Assembly: GCA_964199315.1 (NCBI GenBank)
Contig: OZ116701.1
Coordinates: 3,782,001-3,846,000 of the forward strand
From: Orbicella franksi
Lineage: Eukaryota
DNA length: 64,000 nt
Reading direction: 5' to 3'
Shown: piece after piece, positions 9,987-20,999 of the stretch
How positions within the stretch are numbered: position 1 is the first letter of the stretch
Layout: every line of letters starts with the position of its first letter
Program-made: the position numbers and the translations under genes
Notes under the pieces: generated by a model
Database searches by the model: none
What the model saw: only the letters and a program-made list of their open reading frames with translations
Told to the model about the DNA's origin: nothing

Positions 9987-11237
9987 TACGGTGGCCCACA
10001 ACTGTCACATCAAAAACAAATTGCTCACATCAAAAACAAATTGCTCACATCAAAAACAAATTGCTCACATCAAATTCAAATTGCTCACATCAAAAGCAAA
10101 TTCCTCACATCAAAAGCAAATTGCTCACATCAAATTCAAATTCCTCACATCAAAAACAAATTGCTAATCGCTCACATCAAAATCAACAACAAAAACAAAA
10201 TCATTACTCACTGGTCAGCAGCTACGTTAAAAAGACTATCCCCAGTTTTCACTCGATTTTTCACTTGACCGCCATTTTTTCGTTCGAGTCCTGTTGTTTT
10301 GAGTTTTGTAGCTATTTGACAGCTATTTACCAGGCAAAATTTAATTGAAAGGGTTTTTGTTTTCTTTCTTTTGTAATATAAATATTGCTATAATGTTATC
10401 AAGGAGGATCCCCCTTTTCCCATCAGAGTATGATTTGCTATAATGTTATCAAGGAGGATCTCCCTTTTCCCATCAGAGTATGACAACCAGGCCATTTGAT
10501 ACTTTGTCACTGATATATTTTTAGCCTTGTGAATTGTCAACAGACTCTTTATCTGTTCATCTGAAGCAAATGTACCAGGTTTTTTCATACTCTCTTGGTT
10601 GTTCATCATTAAATTGTCTTTCAGTTTGAATATACTTGTCATTATTCACTTTCAGTATCTGGTATCTAGCGGTTTATTCTGTTTGCTATAAAGGTAGTTT
10701 AATACAAATAAAATGGCCAAACGCCTATATAACTAGATAAACAACCAGGGCCATCAAGCTCCAGCTGTATTCTCGTTCTAACTTCTGTTTCATAAAAATC
10801 GGCACCCCTGCGTTGCACACCGAGTGATTTGTATCACTCACCATGAAACTTAGACAGGAACACAATGATAACATCGTATTCGTATCCTTGACTGAAATAA
10901 TATCTTAGCACAAGCTTCTCCTTTGCCGCAAAAGGAGCAGTAATTGTAATCAAGTAACAGTTTCTTTACAAATTCCACAGGTATAAAGAGCCCGCTAGCG
11001 TGAAGTTCTTGCTCACTTTCGTTACCCGCCATATTGAATTGCACTTGCACATAATCAAACATGCTCAACCGCTGACCTATCTGTAGTGGAATTTAGTGTT
11101 CGGTTGGAATTTGATGTGAGGAATTTGAATTTGATGTGAGCAATTTGTTTTTGATGTGAGCAATTTGTTTTTGATGTGAGCAATTTGTTTTTGATGTGAG
11201 CAATTTGTTTTTGATGTGACAGTTGTGGGCCACCGTA
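9987..11237. mobile_element. Non-autonomous DNA transposon, IS3EU-type termini, nested in the LINE
   Basis: Perfect terminal inverted repeats tacggtggcccacaactgtcacatcaaaaacaaattgctc / reverse complement. 6-bp TSD aagtac (9981-9986) / aagaac (11238-11243). Removing the element and one TSD restores the LINE frame (RRKAI-KEHFKKK). About 9 (left) and 6 (right) inverted copies of a 20-bp unit. Confidence 0.85.
10385..10483. repeat. 50-bp tandem duplication inside the IS3EU-type element
   Basis: ttgctataatgttatcaaggaggatc(c/t)cccttttcccatcagagtatga twice. Confidence 0.9.
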
Positions 11238-14200
11238 AAGAACACTTCAAAAAGAAATCGGAAAGTGGGCGTGAGAATCTGCGTGAATTCTGGGATACAT
11301 ATCGCCCCTTCTTAAACAGTAAAACTGAACAAGCAAATGACATAGTTCTTAAGGAAAATGAAGTTCCCATCACAAATAAGAAACAGATTGCGGAGTTGAG
11401 AACAATCACTTCGTCAAGGTGATGGAAAATGCTGATGATGTAAAGGAAAGTGATTTTGGAGAAGACTTCGTGAATCATGCGAGTATTTTGGCAATTCGTA
11501 ATGCGCAAAGACATGCACTAGAACAGTTTAGCTTTCATCACACGAACATGGTGTTGGTAGAAGAAATGCTTAAACACATGAATACGCGCAAAACATGTGG
11601 GTACGACATGTTACCGCCCAGGCTGATTAAGGATTCTGCTTCTGCGATCGCCAAGCCACTAACAGTGCTATTCAACTGCTCTATTGATCAGAGTAGGTAT
11701 CCGGCATCTTGGAGGATGGGACAGATTACACCACTATTCAAAAAGGACCATGAACTAAATAAAGCAAATTACAGGCCGGTTACTGTACTTCCTGCGCTAA
11801 ATAATATATTTGAAAGACTCCTGGCAGCGCAACTTGGTGATTTCTATAGCTTGATTCTATCGGACTATATCAGCTCTTATAGGGCCTCAGGGAAGCGTCC
11901 TCGGTCCCATGTTTTTCAATATTTTCATAAATGACATTTTCTTGTTTTGCGGGGATATTAAGTTAAATGCTCATGCAGACGATCACCAAATATATACATC
12001 GGACAGTGATCCTGTTGCGCTAGATGGGCGCATGCGTAACGCAGTCGAGACAGCAAACCGGTGGTACCGGCAAAGTGGAATGTTGGCCAATGAAAGCAAA
12101 CATCAGGCTTTGATCCTGGGAAAATCGTCGGAACACACCTTCTCGTTTCCTACTAAGGACTCAATTGACATTTTAGGAATGAACATTGATAACAATTTAA
12201 ATTTTCACAATTACATATCTCTTATTTGCAAAAAAGTCAACAACCAGTTTAATGTAATGCTTAGGTTCAGAAACCTTATTTCCAAAGACATTTTAGTGAA
12301 ACTGTATAAGGCGTACATACACCCTCATTTTGATTATTGCTCAACAGTTTGGCACTTTTGCAGTTCAAACAACAGGGACAAAATAGAAGCTCTTAACAAA
12401 AGGATTCTGAGATTCATTCTGAGCGATTTTGAATCGCCTTATAATGTGCTGCTAGACAGGGTAAACTGTCTCCAACTTCATGATCAATGCATCTGTAAAT
12501 TTCTTACTACTTTGTACAAAAGTCTATTTTTCACTAGCTATCCGGCCTATATGAGAAACATGTTCTCGTTCCGTTCTACTTCATACAACATGCGTGGAAA
12601 CTATATACTGGAAATGCCCAAACCTAAAACTACAACTTTTGGTCTCCACTCCTTTACTTATCTGGCAACAAAAGAATGGAATTCTCTACCCAATTTTATA
12701 AGGTTATGTAACTTCTCAGACTTCAAAAAGCACATCAGTAAAACCAATTCATGAAACATGTAAATGACAATTTTATAATTAGTTAACATAAGTCAATTGT
12801 AAATATGTAAATAGCAATTTCTATTTTAATTTTTCGTTATCAGATCTTTTGTTCTCGGAAATATTAGCTTGTCAAGCTACTCTGAAATTCGAGCTTAAAT
12901 AAAGTTTATGTATGTGTATGTATGTAGTTCACTGCTGTTTTCGGGATGGCTTGGCAAGGCTACGCTTCCAGAGAGAAGAGCAGAATGAGCGAACGAAAAA
13001 AAATTCTATCGATATATATATATATTTGAGGAGAGCGACTTTCTCAAGAGTATTAACACTTGCAGAGTTTGTAGCCAATGATAGTCTTTGGCAAATGCTC
13101 TTCTTTTTAAGACCAGCCTACGCTCTGGTCCAATGACTATATAGCTATCGATACTAGAACCAAGCAGTAACTAAACGAAGTAATAGCGAAAAAAATCAGA
13201 AGCTCAAAAACATATTTGCAAGCTAGATTTATGTCTTTCAATTTCAAGATAATATTTCAACGATGCTATATAAGAAGGCTTCCCAGATGTATTCTTCTTC
13301 TCTTCTCGATGTAGCATAGTGTAATATTTAACAACAATTACGTAGAGTTTCAAGTCAAAGTGGCGGGGAAGATCATTGGTGAACCCATAAATTATTTCTT
13401 TTTCAGAAATGATGATTAGATTTGAGTCTTTTCTGTTTCACCAAAGGGCAAATTGATTCCAAAATTCTACAAGAAAGGACAGGTTACAAAAAGGTGTTTT
13501 ACAGTTTGTGTCAACAAAGTAAATGAGTTACTTTAAAGGGAAGAAATGTCACTCACTAGCAACTCGTTCGAGGCGTGGCAAATGAGGTGTTTATCTAACA
13601 ATCATTTAATGAGGACATACTGATATGATTCACTAAATCTGTTGTCAGCTTTTTTGTTAAAAAGATAAGTTAAATGTTTGAGTTGTATTGTTCTTGTTCT
13701 ATTGTTACCACAGCAGAAAGTCAGCTGTCCATCGGACAATGAAAAGTTATCGGTACTTTTGCAAGAAAAAAATGTGAACTGTCATTTGGCAACTCTCAAA
13801 CAAAACACGTTCTCTGCTCGCATAACTGTTCCTGTCTTCCATTACCCTGGTAACTGATGTCAGACACGCGAATATACAGGGATTTAGGTGATCAAGCTTA
13901 GCCATAAAATTGTTGCCGACTTTCCTTACAGCCCCTTGTACCTCGCAGCTCCTCAAGAGTGTGGTGAGTGCTATTTTATACTTATTATAAAAAAAAGATC
14001 GCCTTTTCAAGATTGCGCTTTAAATACGAACACAGGGGAACGATTTAAAATCGGTGCTTTAGAATAAAATTCTTTTCTAGTCGTCTTAAATCTAAACCGC
14101 TGATTTTACGAGAAAAAAACTGGCAAATCAACCAACCGATTTATATGTTGGCGAATTTCTTAAATGCTATATATATTGGAAAGTAGGAGCGAAGCAACGA

Positions 14201-16149
14201 TTCAAACGTGTTCGTTAACAAGCTCTCATAGAAGTGATTCCAATCGATCGACCTTTTGAATATTTGATACCCATTTACTGTAAAGCGATAATTTCAAGTT
14301 TACGTAACTGGCCGGCTAAGTGGGAAAACGATCTCAGTTTTATAGTATCATGCGGAAAGTAACGTGGCCAAACGGAAATTTTCAGGAACGATACAACACT
14401 GGCCAGCGATTATGAACAGGAATACGACGACGGAATCAAACAGATTAACGGTAGCTATACGCAAAAACTCTCGTCGAGGCGTTTTTTTATTATTTTTTTT
14501 TTATTTTTTTACACTCGAAAAATCACGACGATCAAACAGACCCCGGGAAAAACTCTCTAAGGTAGCCCAATATTTTATATATCCATTCTATATCTATCCA
14601 GGATTAGCGAATATCAGTTAGATCTAGATAAAATATCGCCCGATATTTTTCGTGGGAACTGATTTTGAGACAAAGGATTAGAGATTCTAGATAACAATGG
14701 ATCAGTTAAGAAAATATCACATATAGCTCGTTTTTAAAAAAAAAAATCCAAAGCTTTAAATTTATTTTCGCTAATCTGTACAATTCTATCTACGTGATCA
14801 AATATCTATTCTAATACATGCAGCTTGTTTGCTGTTTGTCTGGTCGGTCGAATTGTTTAGCACGCTAGTTAAATAAAGCGCATAAACGTATTCACATTTC
14901 GCGAAAATTAATAGAAATTAAATGAATTCGGTCTGACAAGTGCGTTGTACAATGTTGAAAGCGATTTTTTCCTGATCTCTGTTAATAGTGGTTAGATACC
15001 TTTTAGCACGGCCTTGCTCTGCAGGAGATAAGAAACTAAGAACAACTGTTTTAATCGCTCAGGTATTCTGAAAAACTGAAGCAGCAATGACGGTAATATA
15101 ATTAAGATTTTTGAGCGAGAATGTCGTTTCTTTGGTGACACGTCTGCCAATATTGATCGTTATATACTAACAAAAACGAATATGGAAAAAAACAGAAATC
15201 ATGTGCTAAAAAATAATAGTATAAACATAACTAAGCAATCATTCCTTATCACTAGTCAGGGAGTGTTTTAGGGTTCTCTGCATTATGAGCAGAGGTTTCT
15301 TTTCGATGACCGTACTCAAATTGATCAATTACAAGAAACTTTATGCATACATGTACAAAGCTTCCTATTCAGTGAGACTTCTTAGGAACAATGAATCTAA
15401 AATTTGCAATTAATGATGAAACTGTTATATATTAAAAAGATAGAAAAAATGTAAAATTAAATAGAAACTAAGCTTACATCGAAAATTTAAATATAATCAA
15501 CGTGACTAGCAGCCATTCAACTTGGAAAATGGATCGTCTGTGGCAACTTTGATGTCATTGAACTTAGGTCAAAGATCATATTTCGAGCTAGAGAGGAAAA
15601 ATGAAGTTAAACGCCACCAGCTTTGTTAAGAGAATACATAAGGAAATGTGACACCGTGGAAAACATTCATAAAGTCATCTTTGTACGAGACGTAATCACA
15701 AGGAAAGTACCACTGCTTATCCGATCACCAAGGCTGAGCTTAGAACTGAACGCGTGTCCACCTAACAAAATCCCTGTATTGAGGGTAATCATTTTCTTTC
15801 CAGTTTTGCTTTTGTTCTTCATTTTCCCTACCAGTATCAGTGATTTTTTTTCTCCTTGCATTTACTCTTTGACGGCTTCTTCGTTTTCGGCTCTGCCCAA
15901 CCTCTGTGGCAAAGCGTTAGAGAGAGGTTTACTGCTCCGTCGATATAAGTTTGTATATATTTCGTTGATGAGATTTAAAACTGATTTTTAGTTAGGCATT
16001 TACGATCGTAGTTTCTGGGGTCTCAATTCCAGGCGTAGGCTTTCAATTTTTTTCTTTCTTTCTTTCTTTCTTTCTTTGTTATCTTTTGAAAGATCATAGA
16101 AATAAAATACTGTCCTCACCATGGAATTGCTATTATATAGCACAAGGGC

Positions 16150-16430
16150 AGCGCTGCGTCCCGTCAAATCACCAAAGTTAAGCCCTGTTCGGCAGGGTTA
16201 GTACTTGGGTGACCACATAAAAATACCCCGAGTTAAAATGAGTTGTTTTTCTTTTACCTTTTAAAGGCGATTTCAGGAACTGCAGAACTCCCAGCCTGTG
16301 TAATGTCTTTTCTTTTTTTCTTCAACTATTTGTTTATATCATTTTGCGATGTCCATATTTCATGTTTATAGTACTTTATAAATTATAGCGAAACGTTGCG
16401 ATCGAATTCTCCTCAGTTCTTCAGTCCGTT
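16150..16430 (+). mobile_element. 5S rRNA-derived SINE-like element (decayed 5S head at 16157-16233)
   Basis: cgtcccgtcaaatcaccaaagttaagccctgttcggcagggttagtacttg--ggtgacc..aatacc aligns by eye to the 5S internal control region (A box AGTTAAGC, GGTTAGTACTTGG, C box with a 4-nt deletion). The 5S 5' and 3' ends are missing, so this is not a functional 5S gene. The 3' boundary is approximate. Confidence 0.7.
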
Positions 16431-17042
16431 TTTAATCCAGGCTTAAGTCATTCGTGAATTCATGCAGCTCATCAATTTTTGGATTTTCAATGCCTTCTTT
16501 TTCAGCAGTGTAGTGCCGCCGGCCAAACCTGCGTTAAGCACACACCCTCGGGAAAAGCGCTATTGTAGTTTCTAAGTGTAGAGACGTTTGTGTGAAAATC
16601 TTCTCAATGCAGATTCTTTATTTAGTGAAACCATTGAGTACTTGTGTTAGAAATGCAAAGAACAAATAAGAAACATTGCCGATAAAAATTACCAATATGT
16701 AAAACTAATCACTCGGTGCGAAATCGTTTGACATCTTTGAACTTCGCTATACTGCTGATACTGGGTCAGCAGATTCACAAAAAGTCTAACAGGAAGCGAA
16801 GGAGTGGAGGAGTGACTGTCCCATCCGTACCTACAACTTAGAAAATATTATTTTCTAAGTTAAAAATTAAAGTCGTTTAAAAAAATAAGAGAATTAGTTA
16901 CGATGCCGAAAACCTAAGGGTTTTCTTCTAAATAGCGGCTAAAGTTTTCTGTTCGCTCTCTTACCGGAGGTTACTCGGTACGAATCGTCCTGCATGGTAC
17001 GATAGGGTTTCGACAATAACCAACTAGAGCTGCAGTGTTTCA

Positions 17043-17407
17043 GGCCCCGGCCACACGACGCTGGAGGAACTTGAAAACGCAGCTTTATTTCTACGGTTAG
17101 GCCTACCGTCTACACTAATCCCTCACTAAATTGGAGCTTTACGAAAACGCTCCCCAAGCTTGAGGAATTTGAAAACACCAGCTTTGTGTTTTGGTGTGGA
17201 AGGAAAAAACGGAGCGTTTCGAAAACGATGACTTCACAATAACCATGTGATTTTCCTAGCCAAGTTTTCTTCCAACACAAATTCAAAATGACCGGTGATT
17301 GTTGCGTTTTCAAATTTCTCCGGCGTAGTGTGAACGGAAAACATTTGAAGCGTTTTTAGAGTGAAAATGCCGTTTTCAAATTTCTCCAGCGTAGTGTGGC
17401 CAGGACC
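17043..17407. mobile_element. PIF/Harbinger-type MITE
   Basis: TIRs ggccccggccacacgacgctggaggaacttgaaaacg / cgttttcaaatttctccagcgtagtgtggccaggacc; repeated gaaaacg motifs inside. Confidence 0.8.
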
Positions 17408-20400
17408 TTGCTTATACACCGTTAGGACACTTTCGAAATTTTCTCTATTAAAGCAAAGGAATCTCAGAAGACGTTAGATACTCCAGCTTCTAACTCCTCC
17501 GCTCTTTATGTCAGTGCTAGTCTGATCCCGAAGGCCTGCCAATGATGACCTCTGTTAATGAGTCAAAAATAATTAAGTATCTTTCATTCGGCTACTCCTG
17601 ACAATCGCAAGCCATCTACTGCTTCAGTCTTTTGTTATGAAGTTAATCCTTATATATCCCAAGCACAAAGAAACTAATTGCCTGGTCACATTTGCCGGCC
17701 ATCATGAGATTAAGCTTCAAACGAAACAACAGTTTGAACGCCAGTTTCAGAAAATACGAAGGTAAGGTTGTGAGAATCAGTATTTGGTGTTGTTTTCTTT
17801 GGATCCATATGAACAGCTTATTATCAAGTTGGATTCTGTGTGCAGGATTAACAATTGTACTGCAAATGCTAAGTAACCATATAATCGAGAAGTTTTAATA
17901 GTGTCTGCAGTCTGCTGGACTTACATATAACTCAATTGTTGATGTACTGATACAGTAAAAAGTGACACTTAAAAAAACTGAGATTGAGTTTTTCTGTTTT
18001 TTTCGCAAGGCGCTTTTATTTAAATGTTCTTTCTGCAGTTTTATATCCATTTTTACAGTCCAATTCGCTCAAATATTCTCATTGAGTACTGCACTGCGCT
18101 AATAAAATGCAGCGGTTTACACTATATGGTGAGGGTTTCTGGCCAAGTTGATTTTCACTGAATAAAAATTATAGCTGTAAACGAAGAAAAAATTTGTCTA
18201 AAGCTTCCTAACAACCGAAGGCTTTCTTCACTTTCGTTGTAATAGTTTATTATGTGCCATGCCACAAACAAGCAATCATAATTAAAAATCACAATGATTT
18301 ATTTTTGTTCCCTGCTCATCGTTTCCAATATTTGTTGGTTCAGTAACGTGAGATTTAAAGCTCGAGGGTTCTTACAGGAAATTTTGCACCGCGTTAGGAT
18401 AAAACGTGCTACAAGGAAGTAAAAAGTTTTGGCAAATTCAGCAGCTTTATGTCGTTATAGATATTTGTCATAACATATAAGAGTCAGTTAAAATTATGAT
18501 GATAAATGAAAAAGGCTTTATTTGATATTTCTTATTTGCACTTCAAGTTCCGGAAAATGGAATTATTCTCTTTGTAGTTACAAACAAATCCAATTTATTA
18601 CCAGTGCTGCGGCTTGCCTATACGAATATTAATTTCCTACAGGAAGTAAACTCGAGGCCTCTCGAGATTCCGAAATCCGATGCTTAGCGAAAATCTCGCA
18701 AAGATAAACTGAATTGCTTACAAGGAAGTCCAAAAGAGTAATTTGAGGCAGTTGCTTTGAAGTTCTGTGCAGTTGTCAAAAGTAATAAATGTCTCAACTT
18801 TTGTTTGCGTAATAATTCCATTCACGCGAAAAGTGCTCTTTTTAATAAGTGCCCTTTGTTTACTTGAGCTGTTATTGCAAATCCTTCAAAGTTTATTTCG
18901 GAAATCTAATTAAGGAGACTCAAATAAACTGCAGATTTGCCACAAAAGTGCAATTTTTCCAAGCTCACAGACAATGCGAGCTCTACGCAAGTACACAGTT
19001 TAATCCAGGTAAAGCGAAAGAACATGGTTGAAAACGTTCAATTCTATAAATGTGTATTTATTTGAATATAATTTCCTTTCTAATTTAAAAAATAGACAGG
19101 TCCACTTCAAATTCATGACAAAACCAAAACTAGTTTGCAGGAAATTAAGAGAGATTTTTAGAGATAATTCATTTAGGAGAAGCGTTTTTTGCACGCCACG
19201 CCAGTGACAAATTAATGTTTCATTTTATGTCTGAACGAACACTGCTATTCATGAAAAGTGTCCGAGTCGCAAAATGTTTTTCATTAAGTGAATTTACACA
19301 GGAAAAACAAGTTTAATGAAAGTCCTCTAAAACGGAATATTAACCGAAGAAGTACAAATTAGGAAAGTGCATCTACCAATAAACAGGGCTGAATTGACTA
19401 CGAGCTGTCAAAAGCAGTTTGCTTCCCAAGACAGTTGTCCTTTTTGAAAATATAATTAAAATGAGAAACTTAGCTTTTCTGATAAATACATTCAACGTAG
19501 ATGCGACAAAAACAGCTACAAATATATGGCGATTTTCGCAGTGAACAAAGGAAACAGAGATAAATTCTTCCTTGGAGTTTTGATCCTGAAACTGAGTTTT
19601 AAATAATCACAACTTAAAAGGCTGTTGTAATGGCGGCCTTCGTGTTGAAAATCAGAAGTCACTTAATTGTCTTTCGCTGGGATAAAGAAACGTCACTTTT
19701 AAGTTTATTTACACTGGCACCGGAAATCGAAGATTTTTCCCTCTTCTAAATGAAAAGTTGCTAACTTTCTTGCACCGTAGCAGGTGTAGATTTGCGGAGA
19801 AGGTAGAAACGCGAACTAACAAAGATGAAAGCTCTAGGTTGCGGGTGGTTTGAGACTCGAAAAGTGCATAGTAAGGTAATTTGCAGACAGATGTTGATTC
19901 CCTATTGAAAGTGTTGTGTTTTAAGTGATCGTTTAAACTCCATTTGCAGTTCAATGCGCCTTGTTGTCGCCTTACTCTTAGTCGGTTTAATTGTAAAAAG
20001 AGTATTTCCTTTAAAGTGCAAGTTCAGATCCCTGAAGCAAGTGCTTCACTTAAAACGGCAACCCATAACGTTATTTATGCGACAAGCAGCCAGTCTTTTA
20101 AAAAGAGGTATCATCCTCTGGTTTTTACAGTCTGAAAAGTTCACATAGTGAACTGTATTGAAACTGATGCCTTGAGATGAAGTCGCTTTCTAGCGATAAG
20201 TTATACTGCAACTACATTTTGGTAAGTGTGTATTTTTAACTGAATTACATTAATATTGCGGCAGGCTGAAATTGAAGTTTCTATCGTTCGATCATAGCCA
20301 AACTACTCCTTGACTTAAAATCAAGTTTGAAAGTAAAGGGAGGCGGAAAACCGAGCCGAATTAACGCTAGCATAAGGTTCTGAGTTTCTTTACTCACTTT

Positions 20401-20986
20401 TGTCATCGAGCAAATATCGCCGGATAAAAACTATATAACTCGCGTTCACGAAATGTACCTTTCCGAAGGTTAGGGGATTTCTTTTTGACTGAGAGCACGT
20501 TCTACAGTCGAGATGTTACCCACGTAACCAATCAGAACGTGAAGCTGTTGATAGTCTGTCGTTTAATCATAATAAAAAAAAAACAGTAAGTGCACGGAAG
20601 AAGCCTGGCTGGAGTCCATTAATTCTTAAAATGTAACTCCACGCCAGGAAGGCAACTGTAAGATATTACTACTTTCACGGTCTGGATTTGATCATTTTAG
20701 TAATCAACTTATGAATGAGGCAATGAAGGACTTCGCAGGAAATGACAAGCAATTTAAGTGTCCGGCACTTGTTCATTTTCAACTTTGTAAAGATGAGGTC
20801 GAAAATGTGACTTGTATAATAGCACAGGCCTCCAAAAAAAAAACAGAACTCCAAAAAAAAAAGACACATGAAAAACACACATGTTGATTGGTCGGCAAGT
20901 GTGTAATCCCATGTTAACAGCGCATGTGTCATTGACGGTGTAAAGTGTTTACTATCGTACTAACCCGTCAGGTTCGATAGGAAGTG

Positions 20987-20999
20987 GTTGCTAAGCAAC
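20987..20999. promoter_or_regulatory. RFX X-box motif next to an ETS-like GGAAGT
   Basis: GTTGCTAAGCAAC (13-bp palindromic X-box form), immediately preceded by ggaagtg. Motif match only. Confidence 0.4.

Larger units (their letters stand above)
9591..12926 (+). mobile_element. Non-LTR retrotransposon (CR1/L2-group LINE), 5'-truncated and inactivated
   Basis: ORF2 pieces: VYCILRSRAPISRSRKISFRS..LNDLHKVPF..HAPVK; RT N-terminal part (KTCGYD, YRPVTVLPALNNIFERLL); PQGSVLGPMFFNIFINDI; catalytic motif degraded to HADD; C-terminal HFDYCSTVWHFC and YNMRG..PKPKTTTFGL..WNSLP. 3' end aataaag followed by a (tatg)n tail. Carries frameshifts, an internal deletion and an inserted element. Confidence 0.93.

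Noticed and set aside
10004-10190. 20-bp and 42-bp arrays as CRISPR-like repeats
   Set aside because: Units are directly adjacent with no unique spacers, no cas genes are present, and the context is eukaryotic.
10388-10642. LLTIHKAK as UvrD helicase motif V inside the IS3EU-type element
   Set aside because: The following G-L-E is missing and there are no other helicase motifs; probably chance.
17542-17601. Possible C/D-box snoRNA (ATGATGA..CTGA)
   Set aside because: No terminal stem and no recognisable rRNA-complementary guide.
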